The notes: generated by a model not told the origin, from the sequence alone. 64,000 nt of DNA from an uncultured Chloroflexia bacterium (GCA_963763775.1 CAVXPZ010000001.1:992001-1056000); one strand, 5' to 3'. Counted from the stretch's first letter, positions 54,585 through 64,000 are shown. Numbers and translations: made by a program.

Positions 54585-55262
54585 ATGAGGTTCTTCCAGT
54601 CCACCCCCAAGTCCATCCCCTCCCCCGCCGAGACGCTGCCCGGCCGAACCGAGCCGATCATGACGCCAGGCATCCACACGATCCTCGGCACGCCCCTCGC
54701 CGGTCCGTGGCCCGAGGGCACCAAGACCGCGATCTTCGGCCTCGGCTGCTTCTGGGGTGACGAGAAGGACTTCTGGCAGCTGCCCGGTGTCGTGACGACG
54801 GCCGTCGGCTATGCGGGCGGGACGACGCCCAATCCGACCTACAACGAGACCTGCACCGGCCGGACCGGCCATGCGGAGGTCGTCCTCGTCGCGTACGACC
54901 CCTCGCGGATCACGTATGAGCAGCTCCTGAAGACCTTCTGGGAGCACCACGATCCGACGCAGGGAATGCGCCAGGGCAACGACGTCGGGACGCAGTACAG
55001 GTCGATCATCCTCACCGCCGACGACGAGCAGCGGGCCGCCGCCGAGGCGTCCAAGGCGATGTTCCAGGACCAGCTCACGAAGGCGGGCTACGGCCAGATC
55101 AAGACTGAGATCGTCGACGCCGCCTCGAACCCGTTCTACTACGCCGAGGACTACCACCAGCAGTATCTCGACAAGAATCCCCGGGGTTACTGCCCCAACC
55201 ACGCAACCGGCGTAAAGCTACCCGACGACTTCGCGGTCACACCGCTCCAGTACGTGGACTAG
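54585..55262 (+). CDS. msrA: Peptide methionine sulfoxide reductase A
   Basis: [31 protein letters not shown]. Confidence 0.95.
   Translation: MRFFQSTPKSIPSPAETLPGRTEPIMTPGIHTILGTPLAGPWPEGTKTAIFGLGCFWGDEKDFWQLPGVVTTAVGYAGGTTPNPTYNETCTGRTGHAEVVLVAYDPSRITYEQLLKTFWEHHDPTQGMRQGNDVGTQYRSIILTADDEQRAAAEASKAMFQDQLTKAGYGQIKTEIVDAASNPFYYAEDYHQQYLDKNPRGYCPNHATGVKLPDDFAVTPLQYVD
55176..55262 (+). repeat. msrA 3'-end repeat, copy 1 (functional tail)
   Basis: 87 nt encoding [28 protein letters not shown]. Confidence 0.9.
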
Positions 55263-55304
55263 CAACCTCCTTCCGCCTGTGACAATGGATGAGGGGGGCT
55301 GCGA

Positions 55305-55670
55305 GTGGAGGCGAAGCGGTCGATACGGTTTCCCCGCAAGCTCTGGCTCGCGGTCGGCCTGGTTGTCGTCGGTGTCCTCCTTCTGGCGCAGAACTCGACG
55401 GTTCTTGTTCCGAACGTGGACTCCTACGTCGTGGTCAACGCGCGCACCATCGCACTGAAGGTCGCCGTCGCCCCGTGTAGCTGGACGCGGGTCACCAACG
55501 TCGCGGAATCCCCCACCGTCGTCCAGGTCAAAGTCGAGACGTGGCCCTGCCCGATCCCGCTCCCCGGCACGGGCGAGCTGGCCGCTCAAGACCTGACGGT
55601 CCTGCTCGCCGCCGACCTCGCCGGGCGGGACGTCCAAGACGCAAACGGGCAAGCGGTTCCTTCGCGGTAG
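55305..55670 (+). CDS. Hypothetical exported protein (cassette 1)
   Basis: N-terminal TM helix, two Cys, beta-rich; lower GC than flanks. Confidence 0.65.
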   Translation: MEAKRSIRFPRKLWLAVGLVVVGVLLLAQNSTVLVPNVDSYVVVNARTIALKVAVAPCSWTRVTNVAESPTVVQVKVETWPCPIPLPGTGELAAQDLTVLLAADLAGRDVQDANGQAVPSR

Positions 55671-55682
55671 GCGGAAATGGCA

Positions 55683-55789
55683 CCGGCAGCAGTCTCGCTG
55701 AGGATCCCCGTGGTTACTGCCCCAACCACGCGACCGGCGTAAAGCTCCCCGATGACTTCGTGGTGACGCCGCTCCAGTACGTGGACTAG
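55683..55789 (+). repeat. 20-bp motif + msrA 3'-end copy 2
   Basis: CCGGCAGCAGTCTCGCTGAG, then 79/87 identity to the msrA tail including TAG. Confidence 0.9.
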
Positions 55790-55816
55790 TCGACCCCCAT
55801 CACTACACTCGGGGAC

Positions 55817-56182
55817 ATGAAAGCGACACCGTTCGTCCGCCTCGCCGAGATCGACATCGACCCGGCACAGCGCGAGGCGTTCAACTCGGCGGTCAAGGAA
55901 GAGATGGACGAGTCGGTTCGAGTCGAGCCGGGCGTGTTGGCCCTCTATGCCGTAGCCGAGAAGGACGACCCGTCCCGCCTGCGATTCTTCGAGATCTACG
56001 CCGACGAAGCGGCGTACGACAGGCACCTGGAGTCGCCCCACTTTCGGAAGTACCGAGCAACCACCGAGCCGATGATCCGGTCGCGTACGTTGACCGAGAC
56101 CATCCCGATCCAACTCAGCTCGAAGCCGAATTGGCAGCAGGATCAGGGAGATGACAAAGCCCGCCGGCAGCAGTCTCGCTGA
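55817..56182 (+). CDS. Antibiotic biosynthesis monooxygenase / quinol monooxygenase family (cassette 2)
   Basis: EPGVLALYA, FFEIYADEAAYDRHLESPHF; TACACT -10 at 55804. Confidence 0.85.
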   Translation: MKATPFVRLAEIDIDPAQREAFNSAVKEEMDESVRVEPGVLALYAVAEKDDPSRLRFFEIYADEAAYDRHLESPHFRKYRATTEPMIRSRTLTETIPIQLSSKPNWQQDQGDDKARRQQSR

Positions 56183-56266
56183 GAATCCGAACGGCTACGG
56201 CCCCAACCACGCGACGGGCGTTCGGCTGCCGGACGGCTTCGGGTCACGCCGCTGCAGTACGTCGAC
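56164..56266 (+). repeat. 20-bp motif + degenerate msrA 3'-end copy 3
   Basis: Same 20-mer, then [27 protein letters not shown] with a 1-nt deletion and no stop. Confidence 0.85.
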
Positions 56267-56444
56267 CAACGCCCGATCCTGTCGAGCCCGATCGTCAGCG
56301 GTCAACGCCAGGCCGTGAACTTCGCGGCTTGATCCGCCAGGTTCACTCCGTCCGCCGGACGCGCCTCTGCGAAGATGCAGGGAGCGTGCCCGGGTGCGTC
56401 GACGAACGTCGGCGTCCTTCGCCCGTCGACGCCCTGGAGGGCCG

Positions 56445-57299
56445 ATGACTGGATCACTGCTGGTTCATCCCGCGGCGGACGAGACCGCGTTCGCGAACAG
56501 CGGTGGCATCCGCATCGCATGGCGCCGATATGGAGATGGTCCCGAGACGATCCTCCTCCTGCCGACGTGGAACTTCGTCGACTCCCGCGTCCAGCGCCAC
56601 CAGGTGGACGCGCTCCGTGATCAATTCCGAGTGCTGACGTACGACGCACGCGGGTCCGGCCAAAGCGACCATCCCTCGGCCGGATACCGCTTCGCAGACC
56701 ACCTCGAGGACGCGCTCGCGGTGCTCGACGCGACCCAGACGGCGGCCGCATCCGTCGTGGCGGCGTCAAGAGGCACACACGTCGCGGTCCTGCTCGCGAC
56801 CGGACATCTCGATCGCGTGCATCGCATGGTCCTGGTCGCACCCGCGATCGACGTTCCGGCCGACGACCAGCTTGTGGCGCCGACGGAGACGGAGGACGAA
56901 CCCGACTGGCGGACCGACTACGCAGCGTTCGTTCACTGGTTCATCTCCACGGCGTTCCCGGAACCTGGCCAGGAGACGACGATCGCGGAGATCGTGAAGA
57001 TCGCCCTGGGCGCCGACCATGCGATGCTGCTCCAGCAAGGCACGGAACTCGACTGGGACGAGGCCCCGCGTCGTCTCAAGGACGTACGCTGCCCGACGCT
57101 CGTGATCCATGGGACCGCAGATCGGACGCTAGACGTGGACTCGGTGAAGGCCGTCGCGTCGTCGATCCCCGGCGCGGACCTCGTGCTACTCGACGGCCTG
57201 GGCCATCGTCCCGATATCAGTCGGCCGGCCATCGTCAACCCGATCCTCGCCGACTTCCTGGGTACCGCGCCATCGGCCGTGTCTGCTCCGGGTAGCTGA
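56445..57299 (+). CDS. Alpha/beta fold hydrolase
   Basis: YDARGSGQS, ASRG elbow, HGTAD, GH. Confidence 0.85.
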   Translation: MTGSLLVHPAADETAFANSGGIRIAWRRYGDGPETILLLPTWNFVDSRVQRHQVDALRDQFRVLTYDARGSGQSDHPSAGYRFADHLEDALAVLDATQTAAASVVAASRGTHVAVLLATGHLDRVHRMVLVAPAIDVPADDQLVAPTETEDEPDWRTDYAAFVHWFISTAFPEPGQETTIAEIVKIALGADHAMLLQQGTELDWDEAPRRLKDVRCPTLVIHGTADRTLDVDSVKAVASSIPGADLVLLDGLGHRPDISRPAIVNPILADFLGTAPSAVSAPGS

Positions 57300-57358
57300 G
57301 GACCGGATCCGTGCGTGAGCGATCTGCTGGCGGACGCCGCGGCGTACGTCGGGTAGGC

Positions 57359-57760
57359 CTATGCGGGTGGTCGCCCGACCTGGCGCGCGTAGTCAGCTGC
57401 GTCGAACCAGCCTCGGGACGACCTGACCAGGTACTCCGCGTCGACGTCCCACTCTTCCCAGCCGGGGATCCGTAGCGCGTTGCCGGTCGTCACGGCGGTC
57501 CCGGTGAAGGTCCACAGGTAGGCGACGTGGTCGCCGGCGATGCGCAGGCCGTCGCAGACGAGGGCGAGATCGGGCACGTCGGCGAAGAAGCCCGCAGCCA
57601 TCTCTGCGACCCCGGTCCGACCCTCCCAGAGGCGACCGCGGTTGATGACGATCCCGCCGTCCGGGGCATAGAACTGCGCGACAGCCTCGGCGGATCCTGA
57701 GTTCCACGCCGCGGTGTACGCGTCCGCGACCTGGCGCATCCGGTCGTGATCGATGGTCAT
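57359..57760 (-). CDS. SnoaL/NTF2-like protein
   Basis: YTAAWNS, FFADVPD, WTFTGT. Confidence 0.8.
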   Translation of the reverse strand: MTIDHDRMRQVADAYTAAWNSGSAEAVAQFYAPDGGIVINRGRLWEGRTGVAEMAAGFFADVPDLALVCDGLRIAGDHVAYLWTFTGTAVTTGNALRIPGWEEWDVDAEYLVRSSRGWFDAADYARQVGRPPA

Positions 57761-57780
57761 CGTCGTGTCCCCTCTGGTTC

Positions 57781-58341
57781 TTACTCGGTGGCGTAGCCCA
57801 GGTACGTCACGCCCGATGAGAACGTGCGGGTGTCGGTGAGGCGTAGGCGGATCGGCGCGTCGAGGGGCGGGAGGTACGGCGTCCCGGACCCGAGGATGAC
57901 CGGGTGCACGACCAGCTCGTACCGGTCGACCAGGCCCCGCCTGATGAACGCGGACGCCAGGGTCGGACCGCCGACCTCGAAATCACCGTCGAGCTCGGTG
58001 CGCAGCCGTGCGAGCTCCTCACCGACGTCGCCACGGACCAGCCGGCTGTTCCAGTCGACCGACGTCAGCGTGGATGAGAAGACGAACTTGGGGATGCCCA
58101 GCCAGAGGCGCCCGAACTCGCGCATGGGCTCGGTCGCGGCGGGGTCGTCCTGGGCCGTCGGCCAGTACGCCGACATCAGCTCGTACAACCTGCGGCCATA
58201 GAGCGAAGCGGCGAGGCCGCGCGCCCGATCGGTGAACCAGGTGAGGAGCTCGTCGTCGTTGACCCCCCAGTCGACCGAGTGGTCCGTGGTCTCGATGAAC
58301 CCGTCAAGCGAAACGTTGAGGGTGTAGATCAGCCTGCCCAT
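57781..58341 (-). CDS. Dihydrofolate reductase / RibD C-terminal family protein
   Basis: VSLDGF, GRRLYE, VGGPTLA, PVILGSG. Confidence 0.88.
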   Translation of the reverse strand: MGRLIYTLNVSLDGFIETTDHSVDWGVNDDELLTWFTDRARGLAASLYGRRLYELMSAYWPTAQDDPAATEPMREFGRLWLGIPKFVFSSTLTSVDWNSRLVRGDVGEELARLRTELDGDFEVGGPTLASAFIRRGLVDRYELVVHPVILGSGTPYLPPLDAPIRLRLTDTRTFSSGVTYLGYATE

Positions 58342-58421
58342 CCGCGCCTCCGTGTGGTCACGTCGTCTGCCGCGATGGACGACAGGAGGTCGAGCTTAGA
58401 GGCTGCCGTCCGGGGACCGGA

Positions 58422-59340
58422 TCAGTCGCCAAGCGTGAGAGCGAACTTGCCGGCGACCTCGCGGTCCTGCAGCCGCTGCATGGCCCCCTCGATCTCCTCC
58501 CACGGCGATGCCCCGGCCAGTTGCGGATCCAGCTTGCCCTCGCCCACGAGGGTCGCGAGGTATCCGAGGTCGCGACCGAACGGCTCGTCCCCGAAGAACA
58601 GTTCGAATCCCTGGAGGCGAACGAGACCGTCGTTGAAGACGTCCCTGACGTCGAAGGTGGTCGGCTCGCTGGAGCTGTTGCCGAACATGACGAGCGTCCC
58701 ATCAGGGTCGACGATCGTGACGAGCCGGCCGAGCGTCGCGCCTCCCACCGACTCAAGGATCAGGTCGAACCGGCCGCGGAGCTGCCCGATGTCTGCCACG
58801 ACCTCGTCGGCCCCGAGGTCCCGAAGGCCCGCCGACCGCGCCGAACCCTCGCTGACCAGTGCCGTGACCTCCGCGCCACCCAGGTGGGCCAGCTGGATCG
58901 CGAACCGGCCCACCCCGCCGGAGGCGCCCGTGATGAGGACGCGTCGCCCGAGGATGGCGGGTCCCGAGCCTGAGCATCCGTAACGCGGCCAGACCGGCGG
59001 TCGGGATCGCGGCCCCCTGGGCGAAGGACACGGCGTCGGGCAGCTCGGCGATCGAGCCCGGCGCCACCGCGACGCGCTCCGCCCACGTGCCACCTTGCCG
59101 GATCCCGACGACTCTCGTACCGGCTCGCAGACCCCCGTCGATGTCGACCTGGAGCGTGCCCGCAAAGTCCCATCCCGGACGCCATCCATCCGGCTTTCGC
59201 CGGAGCAACCCCAGCTCGCCGCGATTGATCGAGAACGCACGAACGGCGACGGGCACCTCGCCGGGCGCCACGACCGGCTCCGCAACGTCGCGCAAGGCGA
59301 TCCTGCCGGGAGCCGAGCTGTCAGCCACGAATGCGCGCAT
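58422..59340 (-). CDS. Zinc-binding (MDR) dehydrogenase; frameshift near 58968
   Basis: SINRGE, PGWDFAG, PTAGLAA in one frame; ITGASGGVG, ESVGG, GKFAL in the next. Confidence 0.82.
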
Positions 59341-59460
59341 CGTGTCAGGCCCCCTTAGACGAAGCACGCACGTTCAGACGATCGTACGCCCCAGCAGTGT
59401 GAGCCAGATCCGCCCCGTCGGGGGGGCCGATCGGCGGAGGGGAGGAGCGACAGGAAAGCG

Positions 59461-59489
59461 TTGACGGGCCGAGCCCCGGCGCATAGGCT
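59461..59489 (+). promoter_or_regulatory. Sigma70-type promoter
   Basis: TTGACG-N17-TAGGCT. Confidence 0.55.
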
Positions 59490-59547
59490 CAGGTCGAGGG
59501 CGCTCCGCCGCATGAGCGAGTGCTGCCCACGGGACGGAGGGCTCGCA

Positions 59548-59805
59548 GTGATTCGGCGGATCACCGGCATCATCCTTGGCGTGGTGGCCTTCTTGATCGT
59601 GTACTGGCTCTCTGGCGGATTGGCGACACCGTCCACGCCCAACTGGGCACTGGCGATCCTCGTCGGCCTGGTGGTCGCGCTCATCTGGCCATGGATCATG
59701 GGTCTGATCCTGGTCAGGCGCACCCGGCAGCGCCGGCAGAACGAGATCGACGAGGAAGTCCAGAAGCAGCTCGCGCAGCAGCAGAACAACCCACCAAAGT
59801 CCTGA
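59548..59805 (+). CDS. Small two-TM membrane protein (WPW family)
   Basis: GGAGG RBS + GTG; paralog of 17754-17984. Confidence 0.75.
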   Translation: MIRRITGIILGVVAFLIVYWLSGGLATPSTPNWALAILVGLVVALIWPWIMGLILVRRTRQRRQNEIDEEVQKQLAQQQNNPPKS

Positions 59806-59932
59806 TCCCGGCCACGGACGGACACGGGCGGTCGCTGCATCGCGATGACTCGCCCACGAACCCGGAGTCCGGGATTCGGCAGACGGTGACGTCGATCCCG
59901 GCGCCCGCTACGCTACCGGCGGAGGTGTCCCT

Positions 59933-60166
59933 ATGACGGTCCAGGCGGCCTTGGAAGAGGCCATGCACCACGAGACCTCGGCCGGCGTGATGAACGCCCT
60001 CGTCAAGCAGGGCGTATGGATGGCCGACGAAGACACGATGACGGCCGCGATCCACAACGTGTACTGCGGCATCATGGCCGACCACGACCACCCGAACGAG
60101 AAGGACCGCGATCAGGCGCGACAGCTGATCGCCGCGATCGGCCAGTCGAACGAGACCGGGGCCTGA
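59933..60166 (+). CDS. Small His/Cys-containing hypothetical protein
   Basis: GGAGG RBS; HNVYC...DHDH. Confidence 0.7.
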   Translation: MTVQAALEEAMHHETSAGVMNALVKQGVWMADEDTMTAAIHNVYCGIMADHDHPNEKDRDQARQLIAAIGQSNETGA

Positions 60167-60223
60167 GCCACCGGGACGGATGACGCGGGCGGACCGTCGA
60201 TCCTGACGATCCCACCGAGTACG

Positions 60224-60255
60224 AAGAGACCCTCCCGGGAACGGGAGGGTCTCTT
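60224..60255. terminator. Hairpin terminator between convergent genes
   Basis: AAGAGACCCTCCCG-GGAA-CGGGAGGGTCTCTT. Confidence 0.75.
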
Positions 60256-60302
60256 GTGTATCTGGCGGTGGGCCGGCTCCGACCGGCGCACCCGACGGAA
60301 CG

Positions 60303-61473
60303 CTACTTGCGGCTGTTGTACGTCGCGAGACCCGACCAGTCGCCACGGACCGCGTACGACGCCTGGGTCGGCCACGTGTCGAGGCTCGACGGTGGCAGCG
60401 CCCCGCCTTGCGCGATGATCTTGCGCAGCGCCGATGGATCGGTGTGCTCGAGCTCCTCGTAGGTGGTCACGCCGCCGGCGGCCAGGATCGAGGAGATCCG
60501 GGGTCCGATGCCGTTGAGCTGGGTCAGGTCGTCGGGCGCGGCGGCCGGCGCGGCCTTCGGCTTGGACGCAGCGTGGTGGGCCGGCTCGGACGCACGCTTG
60601 TTGTACTTGTTCAGGCCCTGCCAGTCGCCCTTCACGGCATACGTGGCCTGCATCGGCCACGACGCCACGTTAGCGGGCGGCACCATGTCGGCCTCGTGGA
60701 GGGCGTGTCGGAGCTGTGGCTCGTTCGCCTCGGCGAGCGCGGCGTACGTCGTGATCCCCGCGGCGGCCAGCGCCTCGCTGGCCTTGGGGCCGATGCCCGT
60801 CAGCTGCGTCAGGTCGTCCGGCGTCGCCGCGGCCGGAGCCGCCTCGACGGCCGCCGCGGCGACCACGGCCGGTGCCGCCTCCTCGGCGGGAGTCGCCTCG
60901 GCGACCTCGACCTCGTAGTCGGACACGACTTCGTCGCCGCCCAGGGCCTCGACGGCCGGGTCCACGAGCGCCTTCAGGGCCGCCTCGGTCTTGGGCGGCA
61001 ACGTGCTCGAGATGAGGAGGGCCTTCTCGCGTGGTGATGGCCTGCTCGATCATCCCGATCGAGGCCGCCCAGTTCCCTTCGTACAGGATGAACAGCGCGC
61101 TCTTCCCGCGGTCGAGCTCCTTCGTCACCTGGCGCATGAACTTGTCGTCGATCCCGATATCGTGCAGCCGGTTGCGCAGCCCGTTCAGGACGCCGACCGC
61201 CGCGCCGCCGACGACCGCGCCGGCCGGCCCGAGGACGATCGCGCCGACGATGACACCGAGCCCGGCGCCGCGGGCGGCCCCCTTGGCGCCACCACGGTCC
61301 GTGGTCTGATGGACCTTGACCCGGAACCGGGTCCGGTCGGCGATCGCGGCATCGACGATCTTCACGTTGGCGTCGACGTCGTCGATCTCCTCGATCCGCT
61401 TCAGCAGGCGCTTCGCCGCCTTGCCCGAGTCCAGCACGAACGCGGCGAGGGTCTGGCCATATTCATCGGTCAT
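60303..61473 (-). CDS. DUF1269-like membrane domain fused to two helix-hairpin-helix repeats; frameshift near 61032
   Basis: Gly-rich TM + GIDDKFM in the first frame; two DDLTQLxGIGP...SWPxQA repeats in the second. Confidence 0.72.
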
Positions 61474-61873
61474 CGATCCGGTCTCCTCTCATCTGGGGAC
61501 GGGGTGCGCCAGCCTACTGGCCGGTCGTCTAGGCGGCGTCAGGTCATCGAACACGAACCGGTCCGGACCTGATCGTCGGGGTGGATCGCGGGGAGGCGGG
61601 AGGTCGGTCGCGTCGGTGTTCCGGGTGTCCGCTGCGCGGAGGCATCCGACGACGCTCGTTGACCGAACCTTCGGACACCTCCCTCCTGGATGCCTGCCGC
61701 ATCGGTCCCCGCGAAGCGATGCGGGGGACTCGACGAGGACGCCGACGGGCGCTCGATGATGCTAGGCCCCGCCGGGCCGTCGTGCAACGACCAACGCCGA
61801 ATGCCGACCCGCTTCGCGGTACCATCGGGCCGGCCGCTCGACCGCAGGTCGGGACGATGATCGGCGGGAGTGC

Positions 61874-62554
61874 ATGGACGACGCGACACGGATCGAGCCA
61901 CCGACGGCGATCGACCCGCCGGCCGGCGAGCGCTTCCTCCTCCTGGCCGACATCTCCGGCTACACCGGTTTCATGGCCGGCGTCGAGCAGGAGCACGGCG
62001 TCGACTTCAGCGCCGGCATCCCGGCGGCCTACTCCGTGCTCGGCGCCCTGCTGGACGCTGTGATCGTCGGCCTCGAGCCGGACTTCGCCCTCGTCAAGCT
62101 CGAAGGCGACGCGGTGTTCGCCGCCGCGCCGGCGGCGGCGCTTGACGACCACGGGCAGCGCGTCCTCGCCACGATCCACTCGACCTATGAGGCGTTCATC
62201 GCCGCGCGAACGGCCGCGATCCCGGCCAACGACCACATCTGCACGGCGTGCCCGGCCGTCGCGCACCTCGATCTCAAGGTGATCCTGCACCGAGGTCACA
62301 CGGTGCGCCAGTCGGTCGGCACGAGCAGCGACTTGCTCGGCCCGGCGGTCACGGTCGCCCACCGCCTGCTGAAGAACACCATCCGTGACCGGATCGGCTA
62401 CCGCCCGTACCTGTTCGTCACGGATGCCGCGGCCGCCGCGCTCGGGCTGCCGGGCCTCGGCACCGCCCACGAAGAGACCTACGGCGACGCCGGGACGATC
62501 GAGGGCCGAGTCCTCGAGCTCGGCGAACCGACGCCCGGAGGGATCCCCGCCTAG
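61874..62554 (+). CDS. DUF2652 / adenylate cyclase-like domain protein
   Basis: ADISGYT, KLEGDA, CTAC, AHRLLKN. Confidence 0.8.
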   Translation: MDDATRIEPPTAIDPPAGERFLLLADISGYTGFMAGVEQEHGVDFSAGIPAAYSVLGALLDAVIVGLEPDFALVKLEGDAVFAAAPAAALDDHGQRVLATIHSTYEAFIAARTAAIPANDHICTACPAVAHLDLKVILHRGHTVRQSVGTSSDLLGPAVTVAHRLLKNTIRDRIGYRPYLFVTDAAAAALGLPGLGTAHEETYGDAGTIEGRVLELGEPTPGGIPA

Positions 62555-62594
62555 CCGGAAGGCCCGACCAGGCGGGTCAGGGCGACGGGCCCGG

Positions 62595-63123
62595 TCAGTC
62601 GGACGGCGTCGCCGCCGCCGGCGACTCGACCGTCGAGACGCGACCGTCGAGCGCGCCGAAGTCCCAGACGTCGATCGACGGTGGCTCGATGCCGAGGTTC
62701 GTGAGCGCGGTGCAGACCTGGCTGCGGTGGTCGGTGCCGTGGTGGAGCGCCTGGGCGAGCCGGACCCCGAGGGGTGCGTGGGTCTCGTAGCCGCTGATCT
62801 CGACCTCGACCACGTCGACGCGTCGGGTCGAGGTCGCCGGCGAGCAGCCGCTGCCACATCGCCTCGTGACCGGCCATGGCGGTCCGCATCATCGGGATAT
62901 CGCTCGCCGGCTCGTCGAATGGCTCGGGCTCTCCGCCGCGGAGGATGTCGAGGTAGAACACGTCGGCACCGACGAGGTGGCGGAGCGTCTCGATGATCGA
63001 GCCGTACGTCCCGGGCACCACCGAGCCGAGCTGGTCGTCGTCGAGCACCGCGCAGGCATCGAGCACGCGGATCGTCGCCCAGACATGGTGGCCGAAGGCG
63101 TCGGCGAGGACGGATGTGGGCAT
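62595..63123 (-). CDS. DinB family protein; frameshift near 62820
   Basis: HHVWA, GSIIETLRHL; HHGTDHRSQV in the second frame. Confidence 0.8.
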
Positions 63124-63188
63124 CCGCGTCAATGTAGCAGCAGCGACGGTGGCGTCGGAGCCCGCTGTCGAGTGAAGGAGCTTGGCCG

Positions 63189-63572
63189 ATGCTCAGCGAC
63201 CACCTGGTGTTCCCCATCCTGCTGTCGACGGACCTCGACGCGAGCCGGCGGTTCTACCGCGACACGCTGGGGCTCGAGATCCTGCGCGAGGACCCGGGCG
63301 ACCGGATCGTGTTCCGATGCGGGGCCGGGACGCAGATCGCGGTCACGCTGAGCACGGTCGGCACATCCGACACCCAGACCCAGCTCGCCTGGCGGGTCCC
63401 GGACATCCACGCGGCCGTCGCCGACCTGCGGGCCCGGGGCGTCACGGTCGAGGAGTACACGGCGCCCGACCCGGTCACCACCGACGGCGTCGCCGATATG
63501 GGCCACTCGTGGGCCGCCTGGTTCGTGGACCCGAGCCGGAACGTCCTCGCGGTCGTCCAGCCGAAGGGTTGA
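63189..63572 (+). CDS. VOC/glyoxalase family protein
   Basis: RRFYRDTLGL, AWFVDPSRN. Confidence 0.85.
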   Translation: MLSDHLVFPILLSTDLDASRRFYRDTLGLEILREDPGDRIVFRCGAGTQIAVTLSTVGTSDTQTQLAWRVPDIHAAVADLRARGVTVEEYTAPDPVTTDGVADMGHSWAAWFVDPSRNVLAVVQPKG

Positions 63573-63590
63573 GCGGGGCGTCGGTCGGCG

Positions 63591-64000
63591 CTAGAGGTAG
63601 CCCTCGGGGACCGGCCCGACGACGTCCATCCCGTGGCGCCGGGCGATGCCCTCCAGCCGCTCAGGGTCCGCGTCGCCGGTGGCGATCGCGGCGCTGAGCT
63701 CGTCGAAGTAGCCGACCATCGCCGCCGGCGTGTACAGGTTGAGCTTGCGGCTCGCCTCATCGCCCACCCGGAAGCCGTGCGGGATGCCGGGCGGGATGAA
63801 GACGAAGGACCCGGCGGGACAGGTGAACGTCCGCTCCTCGATGAAGATCCGGTACTCGCCTTCAAGGACGTAGAACGCCTCGGCCGCGTCGTGATGGATA
63901 TGCATCGGCGGCCCGAAGCCGGCTGGCTCGGCCGCCTCGAGCAGCGCGAAGGCCCCGCCGGTCTCGGCGCTCTCGGCCTTGAGGGACATCGCGAAGTTCC
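63591..64000 (-). CDS. Cupin domain protein (quercetin dioxygenase-like), 5' end outside the window
   Basis: PPMHIHHDAAEAFYVLEG, PPGIPHGF. Confidence 0.85.
   Translation of the reverse strand, partial: NFAMSLKAESAETGGAFALLEAAEPAGFGPPMHIHHDAAEAFYVLEGEYRIFIEERTFTCPAGSFVFIPPGIPHGFRVGDEASRKLNLYTPAAMVGYFDELSAAIATGDADPERLEGIARRHGMDVVGPVPEGYL

Noticed and set aside
55176-56266. CRISPR array or classical integron attC sites
   Set aside because: The repeats are protein-coding msrA tails with gene-sized spacers; no cas or intI genes and no attC-style long palindrome were seen.

Overview
Very GC-rich bacterial chromosomal window. Lipoproteins with SAAAP linkers and proteins with PTPTPT tails suggest Chloroflexota, possibly Limnocylindria/Ellin6529-like; this is inference, as no marker gene is present. 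Contents in order: a metY-metX methionine operon behind a putative leader-peptide attenuator; cell-envelope genes; tRNA-Gln(CTG); a hemerythrin-fused P1B-5 ATPase; a cupredoxin with an ECF sigma/anti-sigma pair; redox genes; a xylose cluster (xylA, xylB, ABC transporter, ROK repressor with two operators); UnbU-like and UnbV-like genes; a hypoxia-type island (hemerythrin, USP, CBS proteins, group 3b NiFe hydrogenase with fused beta-gamma subunit, split pyruvate:ferredoxin oxidoreductase); msrA; and a variable tail of small genes. The most unusual signal is the msrA 3' end occurring three times. The copies are separated by single-gene inserts (~0.5 kb per unit), and both displaced copies are preceded by an identical 20-bp motif, which looks like a site-specific gene-cassette array. 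Many single-base frameshifts suggest long-read consensus errors.
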